From: Lingula anatina
Lineage: Eukaryota; Animalia; Brachiopoda
Reading direction: 5' to 3'
Assembly: GCA_051362555.1 (NCBI GenBank)
Contig: CM120642.1
Coordinates: forward strand, 21,390,001-21,454,000
DNA: 64,000 nt
Positions 13,262-25,983 of this stretch are shown piece by piece (position 1 is the first letter of the stretch; each line of letters starts with the position of its first letter). Made by a program: the position numbers and the translations under genes. The notes under the pieces are model-generated. The model searched no databases. It worked only from the letters and a program-made list of their open reading frames with translations, and was not told the origin of the DNA.

Positions 13262-14020
13262 AAATGTTACCTTGAAATTGACCTTTGACCTACTTTTCAC
13301 CATGAACTAAACTTTGCAAATTTTGGTTACCTTTTATCTCCAAAACTGGCAGAGATAGGTCCATAGTTACTATTGAACTTGAATGGGAAGTCATATACTG
13401 GCAATCTAAATGTGACCTTGAAATTGACCTTTGACCTTCTTTTCACCATGAACTGAACTTTGCAAATTCTGCTTCCCTTTTATCTCCAAAACTGGCAGAG
13501 ATAGGTCCATAGTTACTATTGAACCTGAATAGGAAGTCATATACTGGCAATCTATATGTGACCTTAAAATTGACCTTTGACCTACTTTTCACCATGAACT
13601 GAACTTTGCAAATTTTGCTTTCCTTTTATCTCCAAAACTGGCAGAGATAGGTCCATAGTTACTATTGAACTTGAATAGGAAGTCATATACTGGCAATCTT
13701 AATGTGACCTTAAAATTGACCTTTGACCTACTTTACACCATGAACTGAATTTTGCAAATTTTGCTTTCCTTTTATCTCCAAAACTGGCAGAGATAGGTCC
13801 ATAGTTACTATTGAACTTGAATAGGAAGTCATATACTGGCATTATAAATGTGACATTAAAATTGACCTTTGACCTACTTTTTATCATGAACTGAACTCTG
13901 CTAATTTCTTTCTCTTTTAACTTCAAACTTGACAGAGATAGGTCCATAGTTACTCTTGAACTTGAATAGGAAGTCATATACTGGCAATTTACTGTGACCT
14001 TGAAATTGACCCTTGACCTA
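13262..14020 (+). repeat. 146-bp tandem array (HINE-B core), right part
   Basis: Same monomer resumes in register after the insertion; about 5 units. Confidence 0.95.
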
Positions 14021-14227
14021 CCTTACGAAGAACTTAAATTTGATTGTACCATATATATTTTTTGCAATAGTTTAAAAATTCTTGTTGATTGCATTTTTAC
14101 AGCTTGTCAAGCACAAAACTGGTGGCTGTGTCCCTTATTTTGTGTATGTGGGGGTCTATACGAATGCGCTTGCTCCAGCTGGTGGTACAATATTCGGAGG
14201 CGGTATCGCCTCTCTGATCCTCTAGTT

Positions 14228-14795
14228 GACCATGTTACCTGTTGTGCATGATTAAAAATCAGTGTTAACTGACTGTGTTATTATAAGCATTATTTATTAT
14301 TGCATCAAAATTGACAAAATGACCCATTTTGCATCTTTATTTTCTGTTTTTTGTCTGTACATTTGACAGCTTTGCTGCCTTGTTTACAGCTTGTCAAGCA
14401 CAAGACTGGTGGTGGTGTCCCTTTTTTGTGGGGGGGGGGGCCTATACAATCGCGCTTACTCCGGCTGGTGGTACAATATTCGGAGGCGGTATCGCCTCTC
14501 TGATCCTCTAGTTAAGTTAATATTGACTGGTATCTATATTTTTTTTCTGTTGGAAGACCTTCAAAATGGAGGAAGGATCAAAATAGATACTGTGGAATAC
14601 TGTCAGAAAATATCTCTGGGTCCGCTCCTGTTATTGACCATGTTACCTGTTGTGCATGATTAAAATTCAGTGTTGACTGATAGTGCTATTATAAGCATTA
14701 TTTATTATTGCATCAAAATTGACAAAATGACCTATTTTGCATCTTTATTTTCTGTTTTTTGTCTGTACATTTGACAGCTTTGCTGCCTTGTTTTT
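14228..14795 (+). mobile_element. Stack of orphan 3' ends: HINE-A (14228-14385), HINE-B (14386-14513), HINE-A (14514-14795)
   Basis: Each segment matches the 3' terminus of the reference copies (18259-18539 for A; 25856-25983 for B). Confidence 0.85.
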
Positions 14796-17639
14796 CACTT
14801 TTTATGTACAGACACAGATGTGTCTGTACATATAGCCATCATCTGCGTCTGTCGTCGCCGTCGTCGCCGTCGTGCACTTTTACCGATAACACGATAACAC
14901 GTTTTTGCTTTTGGCTTGAAACTTACAGAACTGGTGAATATTCCTAATACGCAGGTCAAGTTCGAAAATCAGCATGATCGGGCCATTTTTAGGGAAGTTA
15001 TGCTATTTTTTCACTTTTTTCAGCATATATGCAGCACCGATAACACGATAAGTGGAAAACCATTTTACTTTTTGGCTTGAAACTTACAAAACTGATGAAT
15101 ATTCATAATCCGCAGGTCAAGTTCGAAAATCAGCATGATCAGGTCATTTTTAGAGAAGTTACCCTGTTTTTTCACTTTTCTCAGCATATATGCAACACCG
15201 ATAACATGATAAGTGAAATAACATTTTACCTTTTGGCTAGAAACTAACAGAACTGATGGATATTCATAATACGCAGGTCAAGTTCAAAAATCAGCATGAT
15301 TGGGCCTTTATTTTAGAAGTTATGCTGTTTTTTCACATTTCCTCAGATTCAATTATTAGGCATGTTAACAGTCTCATTATTTAACTAATAAGATATGTAA
15401 AAGTGTTTGTTTGATATTTCCTGCATCTTTACAACATTGTTAATTGATTTTGTAAAAATGATGGTAAACTTGTTATCATGTATTGTGTAATAAAGTGTCA
15501 AAAATGGTAATAAACTCATCATTGCAGTTTGTCAGATTCAATCATCCACTATGTTCAGAATCTCATAATGGAGGAAATTGGACATTAAACACTGTTCTAT
15601 TGATATTTTTCCCATCTCATCAATTTTCTTAGTTGGTCATATAAAAATGGCAGTAAACTGTTAATTTTGTTTTATGTTAAAAAAGTGTTAAAAATGGAAA
15701 TAAACCTATTTCAGAACAGTGCTGTCTTGTTTACATTTTGGCATTTTCAAGATGTGACTTTGAAGTTCCATGGTCCTGAAGACCTTTGCTAATCACATTT
15801 TCTGAATATTCATGATACTAATATTTTATGATTAAAAATTGATGGTCATTATGCTGTTAAACATTATGTAATATTGCATCAAAATTTGAAGAAACCCCTA
15901 TTTTGGGCACTGCTCCCATGATGACCATTTAAGGAAAATCATGTCACTCACTGTTCTCAAACTTACAGGAAAGAAACATGGGACTAAAATACAGCTTCAG
16001 TAGGCAAGGCAATCTGCCAGATAAACAGTTTTTTTGTGAAAATTTAATTTTTTACATATTGGCATTTTCAAGGTGTGACTTTGAAGTTCCACAGGCTTGA
16101 AGACCCAGGCTAGTCACATTTTCTGAAAATCCATGATACATATATTTTGTTATTAAAAATTGATTGTCATTTTGCTGTTAACCATTATGTAATATTGCAT
16201 CAGAATAGAAGAAAACACAATTTTGGGTGCTGCTGCCATGATGACCATTATGGGAAAACCATGTTACTTATGATTGCCAAACTTTCAAAAAAGAAATACA
16301 GGACTAAAATGCAGCCTGAGTTGGAAAAGCAGTCTAATTGACTTCTTTTTCTGGAAGTTTTACATTTTCAAAGTGTGAACTTCAACTCCCATGGGCCTGA
16401 AGCCTTATGCTTGTTTCACATTTTACTTAAATTGGTATTACCTGTTGAGCATAATTAAAATTTGATGTTGAATTTGCAGTTTAACATAATGTACTTTTGC
16501 ATCAGAATTGACAGTAGCCTATTTTGTTATTTCCTGCTTTTTGTCTGTACATTTGACAGCTTTGCTGCCTTGTTGGTGTTGCTGCCATGATGACCATTAT
16601 GGGAAAACCATGTTACTTATGACTGTCAAACTTTCAAAAAAGAAACACAGGACGTTTTGGCAGATGTCCCTTACAATCCGACGATATCAAAGGTTTCCAT
16701 TGCTATATTTTAATCAATTCGACTAAAATGACATTTCCGTGAAATTAATTAATTAATCTTGGTCGAATTGTTTGGCATATAACCGTAAAATGCAGCCTGA
16801 GTTGGAAAAACAGTCTAGTTGGCATCTTTTTCTGGAAGTTATACATTTTAGTAAAATATTCATTATCTTTTTGGCATATTCATTGTGGGACTCAGAGCTC
16901 CCATGGACATGAAGCCGAATGGTAATCAAATTTTCTACATGTCCATGCTATTTATAGTCAATAATCAAAAATTGGTGATAATTATTCTGTAATTTATTAT
17001 GTAATGTTACATCAAAATTGACAAAAATCTTTTTGCACTGCTACTGCAAACATTATGAAAAGAAAACTGTGTTACTTATTATTATTTTTAACATACAAGT
17101 ATGATTTTTAGGATTGGCATGCAGTTCAAATTAGAAAGCCAGGTCAATTGGTCAATTCTTTTATTATTAAATTTATGCAATTTTGTGTGAAATTTTCATT
17201 TTTCTCATTCTGGCACTTTCAAAGTATAATCTTGAACTCTGATGGGCGTGAAGCCTTATGCTTTTACTTTCGTTGGTGTTACCTGTTGTGCATAATTAAA
17301 ATTTGATATTGACTGTGCAGTTAAACATAATGTATTATTGCATCAGAATTGGTAGTCTCCTATTTTGTACATTATTGTTTTGTGCTTTTCTTAAGATGTG
17401 ACTTATGGGCCTGAAAGACCTTTGAGAGGGTCAGTCTGTAAATTTCCCTTGGGTATCACTTAGTTAATTTCAGAGTTATAAAGTCATTTGCCTAATAAAT
17501 AGGTCTTAAAATGAGATTACATAAAGCACACTTGTTGATATTTCCCTGTAAACTTCCAAAGGTTAAGCTCTCCGCTAGATTAATAATAAGGAAGCAGTGA
17601 TAATTATGCAGGTAAATTTTGTTTAATATTGCAAATAAG

Positions 17640-17640
<1 letters not shown>

Positions 17641-17704
<64 letters not shown>
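17641..17704. repeat. (TA)n microsatellite
   Basis: Pure TA run. Confidence 0.98.
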
Positions 17705-17708
<4 letters not shown>

Positions 17709-17750
17709 CGAAGATTAAAGGTTTGAATATCAGCTTCATTGGAATTATAT

Positions 17751-17978
17751 TTACCTCTGCCAAGGAGGTTATGTTTTCACCCCTGTCTGTCATCAACATA
17801 ACTCAAAAAGTTACGGATCGATTTTTATGAAATTTTCAGGAACTGTCGGAAGTGGGCAAGGAGGACAATGATTAGTTATTGGTGTTGGTGGTCCAGATCA
17901 ATAATCAATTAATAAGCAATAATAATCAACAATTGCTGTCTAGGCAGAGGTCTGCGCTCTCAGAGTGCTTTTCTTGTT
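17751..17978 (+). mobile_element. HINE-C, short DINE-1/Helentron-type non-autonomous element
   Basis: Begins TTACCTCTGCCAAGGAGGTTATGTTTT; ends GGCAGAGGT (inverted to ACCTCTGCC) plus GCGCTCTCAGAGTGC hairpin plus TTTTCTTGTT. Confidence 0.75.
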
Positions 17979-18909
17979 TTGTTATGTTTTCCTTTTTAAT
18001 TTTCAAACACTGACATTTGTGACTTTTAACTCTCACCCTCCTGAGGCTCTGCACATTTTCTGTATTTCCACATAAGCAGTTGTATTGTTTTTTATGTCTT
18101 TAAACATTATGTAATATTATTTTATGTACTGTCATCATTTTTCAAAAATTGAGACTTTCATCATGTGAATTTGAACTCACATGGTCCTGAAACTGTAATC
18201 TTATTGAAGGGGTGGATTGAGACCATCTTCTGGGTCTTCCGGAAGACGGTCAGATTATTAAGTTTATATTGACTGGTATCTATTTTTTTTTCTGTTGGAA
18301 GACCATAAAAATGGGGGATGGATCAACATAGATACTTTGGAATACTGTCAGAAAATATCTCTGGGTTAGCTCCTGTTATTGACCATGGTACCTGTTGTGC
18401 ATGATTAGAATTCAGTGCTGACTGACAGTGCTATTATAAGCATTATTTATTATTGCATCAAAATTGACAAAATGGCCTATTTTGCATCTTTATTTTCTGT
18501 TTTTTGTCTGTACATTTGACAGCTTTGCTGCCTTGTTTTAGGACCAGGCACAGGACCGGTGCAGTCATGAGACCTCTGGTGGAGGGAGCTACTGACTATC
18601 AGCAATGCAGTGGTTTGTTTACAAACAGAGGGGTGCACATATTCAAGTAATGCCGGTAAGAAAGTTTACTTGATGACAGTATAATTTTGTGCCATTGGGG
18701 GTTATGTCAATGTGTCTGCTGTCCATGGGGATATGAAATGTTCCACCCTTTTTAATTGTTCATGCCGTTTTGCAGGCATTTCTTAGTATGGCCATCAGTG
18801 GGAAATTATTTGGCTTTTTCTGTCCTGAACATTGTGACATATCAACAATATTGGTTGTATTATGGGAAGACATTGAAAATTGTGACATTAACAATTGCTG
18901 TTGCATTAA

Positions 18910-19244
18910 AGGGATAATAACTCTTTGTTTTGGCCAAAAAATGAATTTTCCTGGAGTAAACAATAATTTTCCCATTCTTACCAATGGTAAATGAATCCAT
19001 TTTTACATTCAAAGTTAGTCCCTGGTTTTTTTCTGAAAAGTTTGGTTTTTTGTTAAAATCTCTTAAGAGATTATAAGAGAGTATAGCCATCAATGTAGGT
19101 CACGTGGTCTGATGACAAGCTTAGATATCAGAATAATAGCTAACTGCTGTTTTTGTCGTAACACAGAATATATTACATTTCTATGAGTTATTCACAATGT
19201 TTTTATTGTGAAATATAGACCTCATACGAAGAGTTATTATCCCT
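18910..19244 (-). mobile_element. Kolobok-type MITE, copy 1
   Basis: TTAA|AGGGATAATAACTCT...AGAGTTATTATCCCT|TTAA. Reverse orientation relative to copies 2 and 3. Confidence 0.88.
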
Positions 19245-19248
19245 TTAA

Positions 19249-19667
19249 GCACCCCGTACATGGTGAGCAATTGGCGCATGCCATTCGTGCTGCGCCAGAT
19301 GCTAGCGCTCCTCAGCTCCCTCCTCAGCAAACGCTGCGCTCTTTGCTCAGCATAGGTGCCTCCCGGCCTGCCCCTATCGGATGCACTGTGAACTGTGGGA
19401 TCATGTGATTAAGGAAACATTACATATTGATGTTTTTTCTGACAGTAATGGAAATGGTGACCACGTTAATCAATCAGACTAACTATAACTGTGTACATTT
19501 TTGCTGACTTCACTGGGGGCTGCCATTTTTGTTTGTTTCCGGCTACCGGCACATGCGCATTGTTGGCATGACTTGAGCAATCGGTGCTTGCACCCAGCAC
19601 ACGCTGAGCCATTTGCCTCAAGAGGCCAAAAATATCAAACATGTGAGATATTTTCCTCAGCCGCGTG
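19249..19667. mobile_element. Probable Harbinger-type MITE fragment (one end only)
   Basis: GC-richer block starting GCACCCCGTACATGGTGAGC, with a near-palindrome AAAATATCAAACATGTGAGATATTTT like the one in the Harbinger MITE at ~28716. No partner TIR found. Confidence 0.35.
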
Positions 19668-19960
19668 AAAAATAAAACACAGGGCTTGGCAAGGCAGACA
19701 ACTTCTGGTCAAAAATGACATTATTTCATGAAATTTGAACATCTGGAACTTCTGAGCACCTCCCATTTCAAGAATTTCAACCAAAATGACCTTTTCTTTA
19801 TTTCAATTAATTTCTTTTGTAGGAAATTATGGCGCATAATTGTAACTCTGAAATTGGACCATTTAGTCCCTTATATCTCCAAAACTGGCAGAGATAGGTC
19901 CATAGTTACTATTGAATTTAAATAGGAAGTCATATGCTGGCAATTTAACTGTGACCTTGA
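19668..19960 (+). mobile_element. HINE-B internal fragment
   Basis: Matches ~8013-8305. Confidence 0.85.
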
Positions 19961-21892
19961 AGAGACATTGAACTTTGTGACATCAACAATTGCTGTTCTA
20001 TTGTGGAAAGACATTGAACTTTGTGACATCAACAATTGCTGTTGTATTATGGGAAGGTGTTGAACATTGTGACATCAACAATTGCTGTTGTATTATGGGA
20101 AGACATTGAACATTGTGACATCAACAATTGCTGTTGTATTATGGGAAGACATTGAACATTGTGACATCAACAACTGCTGTTGTATTATGGGAAGACATTG
20201 AACATTGTGACATCAACAACTGCTGTTGTATGATGGGAAGACATTGAACATTGTGACATCAACAATTGTTGTTGTATTATGGGAAGGTGTTGAACATTGT
20301 GACATCAACTTTGCTGTTGTATTATGGGAATGTGTTGAATATTGTGACATCAACAACTGCTGTTTTTTTATGGGAAGACATTGAACATTGTGACATCAAC
20401 AATTGCTGTTGTATTATGGGAAGACATTGAACATTGTGACATCAACAATTGCTCTTGTATTATGGGAAGACATTGAACATTGTGACATCAACAATTGCTG
20501 TTGTATTATGGGAAGACATTGAACATTGTGACATCAACAATTGCTGTTGTATTATGGGAAGACATTGAACATTGTGACATCAACAATTGCTGTTGTATTA
20601 TGGAAAGACATTGAACATTGTGACATCAACAATTGCTGTTGTATTATGGGAAGACATTGAACATTGTGACATCAACAATTGCTGTTGTTTTATGGGAAGA
20701 CATTGAACATTGTGACATCAACAATTGTTGTTGTAGTATGGGAAGACATTGAACATTGTGACATCAACAATTGCTGTTGTATTATGGGAAGACATTGAAC
20801 GTTGTGACATCAACAACTGCTGTTGTATTATGGGAAGACATTGAACATGTGACATCAACAATTGCTGTTGTTTTATGGAAAGACATTGAACATTGTGATA
20901 TCAACAATTGCTGTTGTATTATGGAAAGACATTGAACATTGTGACATCAACAATTGCTGTTGTATTATGGGAAGACATTGAACATTGTGACATCAACAAC
21001 TGCTGTTGTATTATGGGAAGACATTGAACATGTGACATCAACAACTGTTGTTGTATTATAGGAAGGTGTTGAACATTGTGACATCAACAATTGCTGTTGT
21101 ATCATGGGAATGTGTTGAACATTGTGACACCAACAACTGCTGTTGTAACATGGGAAGGTGTTGAACATTGTGACATCAACAATTGCTGTTGTATCATGGG
21201 AATGTGTTGAACATTGTGACACCAACAACTGCTGTTGTATTATGGGAGACATTGAACATTGTGACATCAACAATTGTTGTTGTATTATGGGAAGACATTG
21301 AATATTGTGACATCAACAACTGCTGTTGTATTATTGGAAGATGTTGAACATTGTGACATCAACAATTGCAATTGTATTATGGGAAGATGTTGAACATTGT
21401 GACATCAACAATTGTTGTTGTATTATGGGAAGACATTGAACATTGTGACATCAACAACTGCTGTTGTATTATGGGAAGACATTGAACATTGTGACATCAA
21501 CAGTTGCTGTTGTATTATGGGAAGACATTGAACATTGTGACATCAACAGTTGCTGTTGTATTATGGGAAGACATTGAACATTGTGACATCAACAACTGCT
21601 GTTGTATTATGGGAAGACATTGAACATTGTGACATCAACAATTGTTGTTCTTTTATGGGAAGACACTGAACATTGTGACATCAACAATTGCTGTTGTATT
21701 ATTGGAAGACGTTGAACATTGTGACATCAACAATTGCAATTGTATTATGGGAAGATGTTGAACATTGTGACATCAACAATTGTTGTTGTATTATGGGAAG
21801 TCATTGAATATTGTGACATCAACAATTGTTGTTGTATTATGGGAAGACATTGAATATTGTGACATCAACAATTGCTGTTGTATTTTGGGAAG
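19961..21892. repeat. 46-bp minisatellite, ~42 copies
   Basis: Consensus AAGACATTGAACATTGTGACATCAACAATTGCTGTTGTATTATGGG, head-to-tail with no spacers. Confidence 0.97.
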
Positions 21893-22192
21893 CAGTAGGC
21901 AAATACAAAATTTAATTTTTTAAAAGAATTTTACAATTCATGTGTCACTACTCTTGCCTATGGATGCCATTGAATCTGCTTCATACAATGTAGAAGGTAT
22001 TTGTTTGTTTATGTATAAAGGCACTATTTGTGTGTATATATTCTGATCTCTATGGTCTAATTCTCACAGACACCATTGGTCAACTTATACTGCATTCCCA
22101 CAGATTTTAGATCAATCTATCCTCATGGGGAGTCTCACTAGATTACTGTCAGCTTATCCGGCTTAAAAGCTGTAAGAGGGTAATAAACTTAA

Positions 22193-22529
22193 AGGGATAA
22201 TAACTCTTTGTATGAAATCTGTATTGCACAATAAAAACATTGTGAGTGACTCATAAAAATATAATATATACTGTTTTCCCACAAAAACGGCTGTTATAGC
22301 TATTATTCTGATATCTGAGCTTGTCTTTAGACCACGTGACCTCCATTGATGGCTATACTCTGTTAAAATCTCTTAAGAGATTTTAACAAAAAACCGAACT
22401 TTTTAGAAAAAAACCAGGGACTAACTTTGAATGTAAAAATGGATTCATTAACCATTGGTAAGTATGGGAAAATTGTTGTTTACTCCAGGAAAATTCATTT
22501 TTTGGCCGAAACGAAGAGTTATTATCACT
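22193..22529 (+). mobile_element. Kolobok-type MITE, copy 2
   Basis: TTAA flanks; same TIRs and body as 40764-41101. Confidence 0.88.
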
Positions 22530-23028
22530 TTAATTACTTGTGCGCTCGGCAGACAGCAATTTAGCGCAAACCCTCAGAGAGTTAGGTCAATCCAGATGAA
22601 TCGATCTAAACCTGTGGCAATGCAGTCTTAGAGTGATCCAACTCTGTGCCTTGACTCTCGCAGAGTGCAATCAGCTTAATTGACTGAAGCGCCTCTGCAG
22701 GCGTTGAATAGAATACAAAATAACTGCTGATTATGGAAGAATATTGGAAACAAGAGAAGGCATGTCATTCACTTAAGCTGTTTGCACTCAGCAAGAGTCC
22801 TTGCAAATCTACGATTGATGTCAGATTTATTCTTTAGTTGATTTTTCATTTCAGAATTTTGGCACATTTCTTGTGGAAGTAGTGAGCAAGGACCAGAAAT
22901 TGTAGGTGGTTACTAAGCCTCTGAACACCATCGTTGATCATCTGGACCTGTTGTCATGGAGATCAGGGTAACAGACAAACTCTAGACCACATGGTACCAC
23001 AGCTGAGGTAAAACCGCTCCCTGTGTTT

Positions 23029-23059
<31 letters not shown>

Positions 23060-23574
23060 TCAAAACAACTAAAGACCTTTATCAGCAGCAAATCCATCAT
23101 CTGTGTAGTGGACATTATGAAAAAGCGTCATGTTTTGCTTACTAAAATGATTCCTGCAGTTGGGTATTTAGTATTCTTTTACAGGGTAATAATATCTTTA
23201 TTTAAAAGCATATTGATCAATTCTCGCAATGGATATCTTCTGAAGGAATGTTGTGAATTTTTTCAAGATTCATCAACAGAAAAGCAGCCTGGGAGCTCAC
23301 CTTCCTATCAGTGTGACAGCAAGGACAAATCTGGTTCAGTTCATCAAATACAAATCTTGACCAGTAGATTAACTTGGACCCATTTCCGTACCTAGATTGA
23401 TCTGGCAGGATCGACACTTCTCCGAGGGAATTCTCACTAAATGGCATTCAGATTAAGGAGCTTAGATGTCTGGCTCACCTACTAAACTTTACGTCAATCG
23501 AAATCAAGTGAAGTCCAATGCGTTTAATTCTTAAAGATAAAAGATAATATACATATCGTAAACTTTGATGTTGT

Positions 23575-23720
23575 GAAAAACTCAAAAACTGGATTAGGGA
23601 AGAAAAGGAAGCCAATGTTCAGATTTACGCATCGGATATTATTTTCAGAAATGATGATAAAATAAATCTACTTATTTCTCAGGTAAAAAAATACATTAAC
23701 AGAAAATCAAAAATTGGAAG
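23575..23720 (+). mobile_element. Possible L1/Tx1-type LINE ORF2 C-terminal remnant
   Basis: Translates KLKNWIREEKEANVQIYASDIIFRNDDKINLLISQVKKYI, resembling the W...I.FG...N.II...K.YI tail of Tx1 ORF2. Confidence 0.35.
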
Positions 23721-23946
23721 GCATACGTAATCCAGGGACATCGAATGTTTTCTGAACTAAGAGATTATACTTTGCTTGTCTTTATATGTATTTATTTTAT
23801 ACAGTAATTACATGTAGCGGGCAATAAAGTGGCATGGTAGGGTATACAGATATGTATTTATCCATACGGTTTTTTGAGAAATGTATATGTGAGAAGTGAT
23901 TTGTATTGTATTGTAATGTACATTGTAATGCTTATTTCTTGTCTAA

Positions 23947-25983
23947 TTGTACCACCAGCGTTAGCGCTGGCGGTACACATGGTTTCGGTCCCGTCCGGAT
24001 CGTTCCGCCGGCTCTGCCAGCTCCGCCGGCTCCGCCGGATGGCTACCGTTACCGCTTCTCCTCCTAGACGGTAAGGGCCCCCGTACCCATCTCATGGATT
24101 TAGGTCACCTATAATCTCAACTCGTTCCACGTAAAATTTGGGCTTTGTCGGTATTGGGGTCTGGGTGTGGCACTCATTACAATGCACCCTTGTCTAAAAA
24201 TGGCAAAATTAAATGCTTATTATCTACCCTACAGAAGGAGTTATGGGAAAAATTTCTATAGACGGCTTTCCAAAAGTCATAAGTGTAGATTTCAAATATA
24301 CCCTTGGATTTGACCTTTGACCTTTACTTCAAGGTCAAATGGGCCAAAATTTTCAAAAAAATGAAATTTTTTACGAAAAAATTTTTTTTTGCCCTGTTAT
24401 TCAGACACTACACAGACTTAACCAATAATATTATTGGAAAGTGTTACCCTTCAGGTCATCTTTCATCTCCATGAATTTGGGGTCAATCGGTGCATTTTCA
24501 CGAGAGTAGCGGCCATAAGATACCGAAACTGAAAACTGTCTCTAATTCGGGAACCGTTAATGCTAGAGACCCAATCTTTTTTGCATTTTGTAGAGCATGT
24601 AAAGCCCAACACTGAAGGTGGTCTCGGTTTTTTTGTATTCCATACGGTTTTCGAGTTACGCTGTATCAAAAAGTACATATTGGTGGTAAAAGCAAAATGT
24701 GCAGTACGGTAATGGAAAATAATTTTTGAACTCTGGAAAAATAAAATATAAGGCTTGGCAAAGCAGACAACTTGTGTTCAAAAATGACATTATTTCATTA
24801 AATTTGAACATCTGAAACTTCAGAGCACCTCCTATTTCAAGAATTTTGACCAAAATGACATTTTCTTTATTTTAATTAATTTTTTCTGTACGAAATTTAA
24901 GGCACATTATGGTAACTCCAAAATTATAACATTTAGTCCCTTATATCTCCAAAACTGGCAGAGATAGGTCCATAGTTACTATTGAAGTTGAATAGGAAGT
25001 CATATACTGGCAATCTAAATGTGACCTTGAAATTGACCTTTGACCTACTTTTCACCATGAATTGAACTTTGCAAATTTTGCTTTCCTTTTATCTCCAAAA
25101 CTGGCTGAGATAGGTCCGTAGTTACTATTGAACTTGAATAGGAAGTCATATACTGGCAATCTATATGTGACCTTTAAATTGACCTTTGACCTACTTTTCA
25201 CCATGAATTGAACTTTGCAAATTTTGCTTTCCTTTTATCTCCAAAACTGGCAGAGATAGGTCCGTAGTTACTATTGAACTTGAATAGGAAGTCATATACT
25301 GGCAATCTTTATGTGACCTTAAAATTGACCTTTGACCTACTTTTCACCATGAACTGAATTTTGCAATTTTTTCTTTTCTTTTATCTCCAAAACTGGCTGA
25401 GATAGGTCCGTAGTTACTATTGAATTTGAATAGAAAGTCATATACTGGCAATCTAAATGTGACCTTGAAATTGACCTTTGACCTACTTTTCACCATGAAT
25501 TGAACTTTGCAAATTTTGCTTTCCTTTTATCTCCAAAACTGGCAGAGATAGGTCCGTAGTTACTATTGAACTTGAATAGGAAGTCATATACTGGCAATCT
25601 AAATGTGACCTTGAAATTGACCTTTGACCTACTTTTTACCATGAATTGAACTTTGCAAATTTTGCTTTCCTTTTATCTCCAAAACTGGCAGAGATAGGTC
25701 CATAGTTACTATTGAACTTGAATAGGAAGTCATATACTGGCAATTTACTGTGACCTTGAAATTGACCCTTGACCTATCTTACGAAGAACTTAAATTTGAT
25801 TGTACCATATGTATTTTTTGCAAAAGTTAAAAAATTCTTGTTGATTGCATTTTTACAGCTTGTCAAGCACAAAACTGGTGGCTGTGTCCCTTATTTTGTG
25901 TATGTGGGGGTCTATACGAATGCGCTTGCTCCAGCTGGTGGTACAATATTCGGAGGCGGTATCGCCTCTCTGATCCTCTAGTT
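23947..25983 (+). mobile_element. HINE-B, uninterrupted copy with 5-6 units of 146 bp
   Basis: Both termini present, array at ~24944-25775, inserted at TT. Retains ~300 bp (24230-24535) that is missing from the copy at 7533. Confidence 0.92.

Larger units (their letters stand above)
7533..14227 (+). mobile_element. HINE-B (non-autonomous Helentron-like) with 146-bp array, interrupted by a 4.1-kb TIR element
   Basis: 5' hairpin TTGTACCACCAGC-GTTAGC-GCTGGCGGTACA, then GGCTCCGCC-type microsatellite. 3' end GCTGGTGGTACAA plus GAGGCGGTATCGCCTC hairpin plus CTAGTT. Colinear with the uninterrupted copy at 23947-25983. Confidence 0.88.
14799..18539 (+). mobile_element. HINE-A composite copy with two 3' termini (16573 and 18539)
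   Basis: 5' hairpin ATGTACAGACACA-GA-TGTGTCTGTACAT, GTC/GCC microsatellite and ~3 units of ~160 bp. Terminal TGTCTGTACATTTGACAGCTTTGCTGCCTTGTT occurs at 16542 and 18505. Confidence 0.85.

Noticed and set aside
18906-19248. piggyBac assignment for the TTAA-flanked MITEs
   Set aside because: Termini start with AG (purines) rather than the CC typical of piggyBac; Kolobok fits better.
19961-21892. CRISPR-like array or repetitive protein (ORF 20965-21273)
   Set aside because: No unique spacers, eukaryotic context, and the 46-bp unit is not a multiple of 3; the ORF is a by-product of the repeat.
23060-23150. THAP-like LCSGHY motif
   Set aside because: A single short motif with no upstream CxxxxC or W; compatible with chance.
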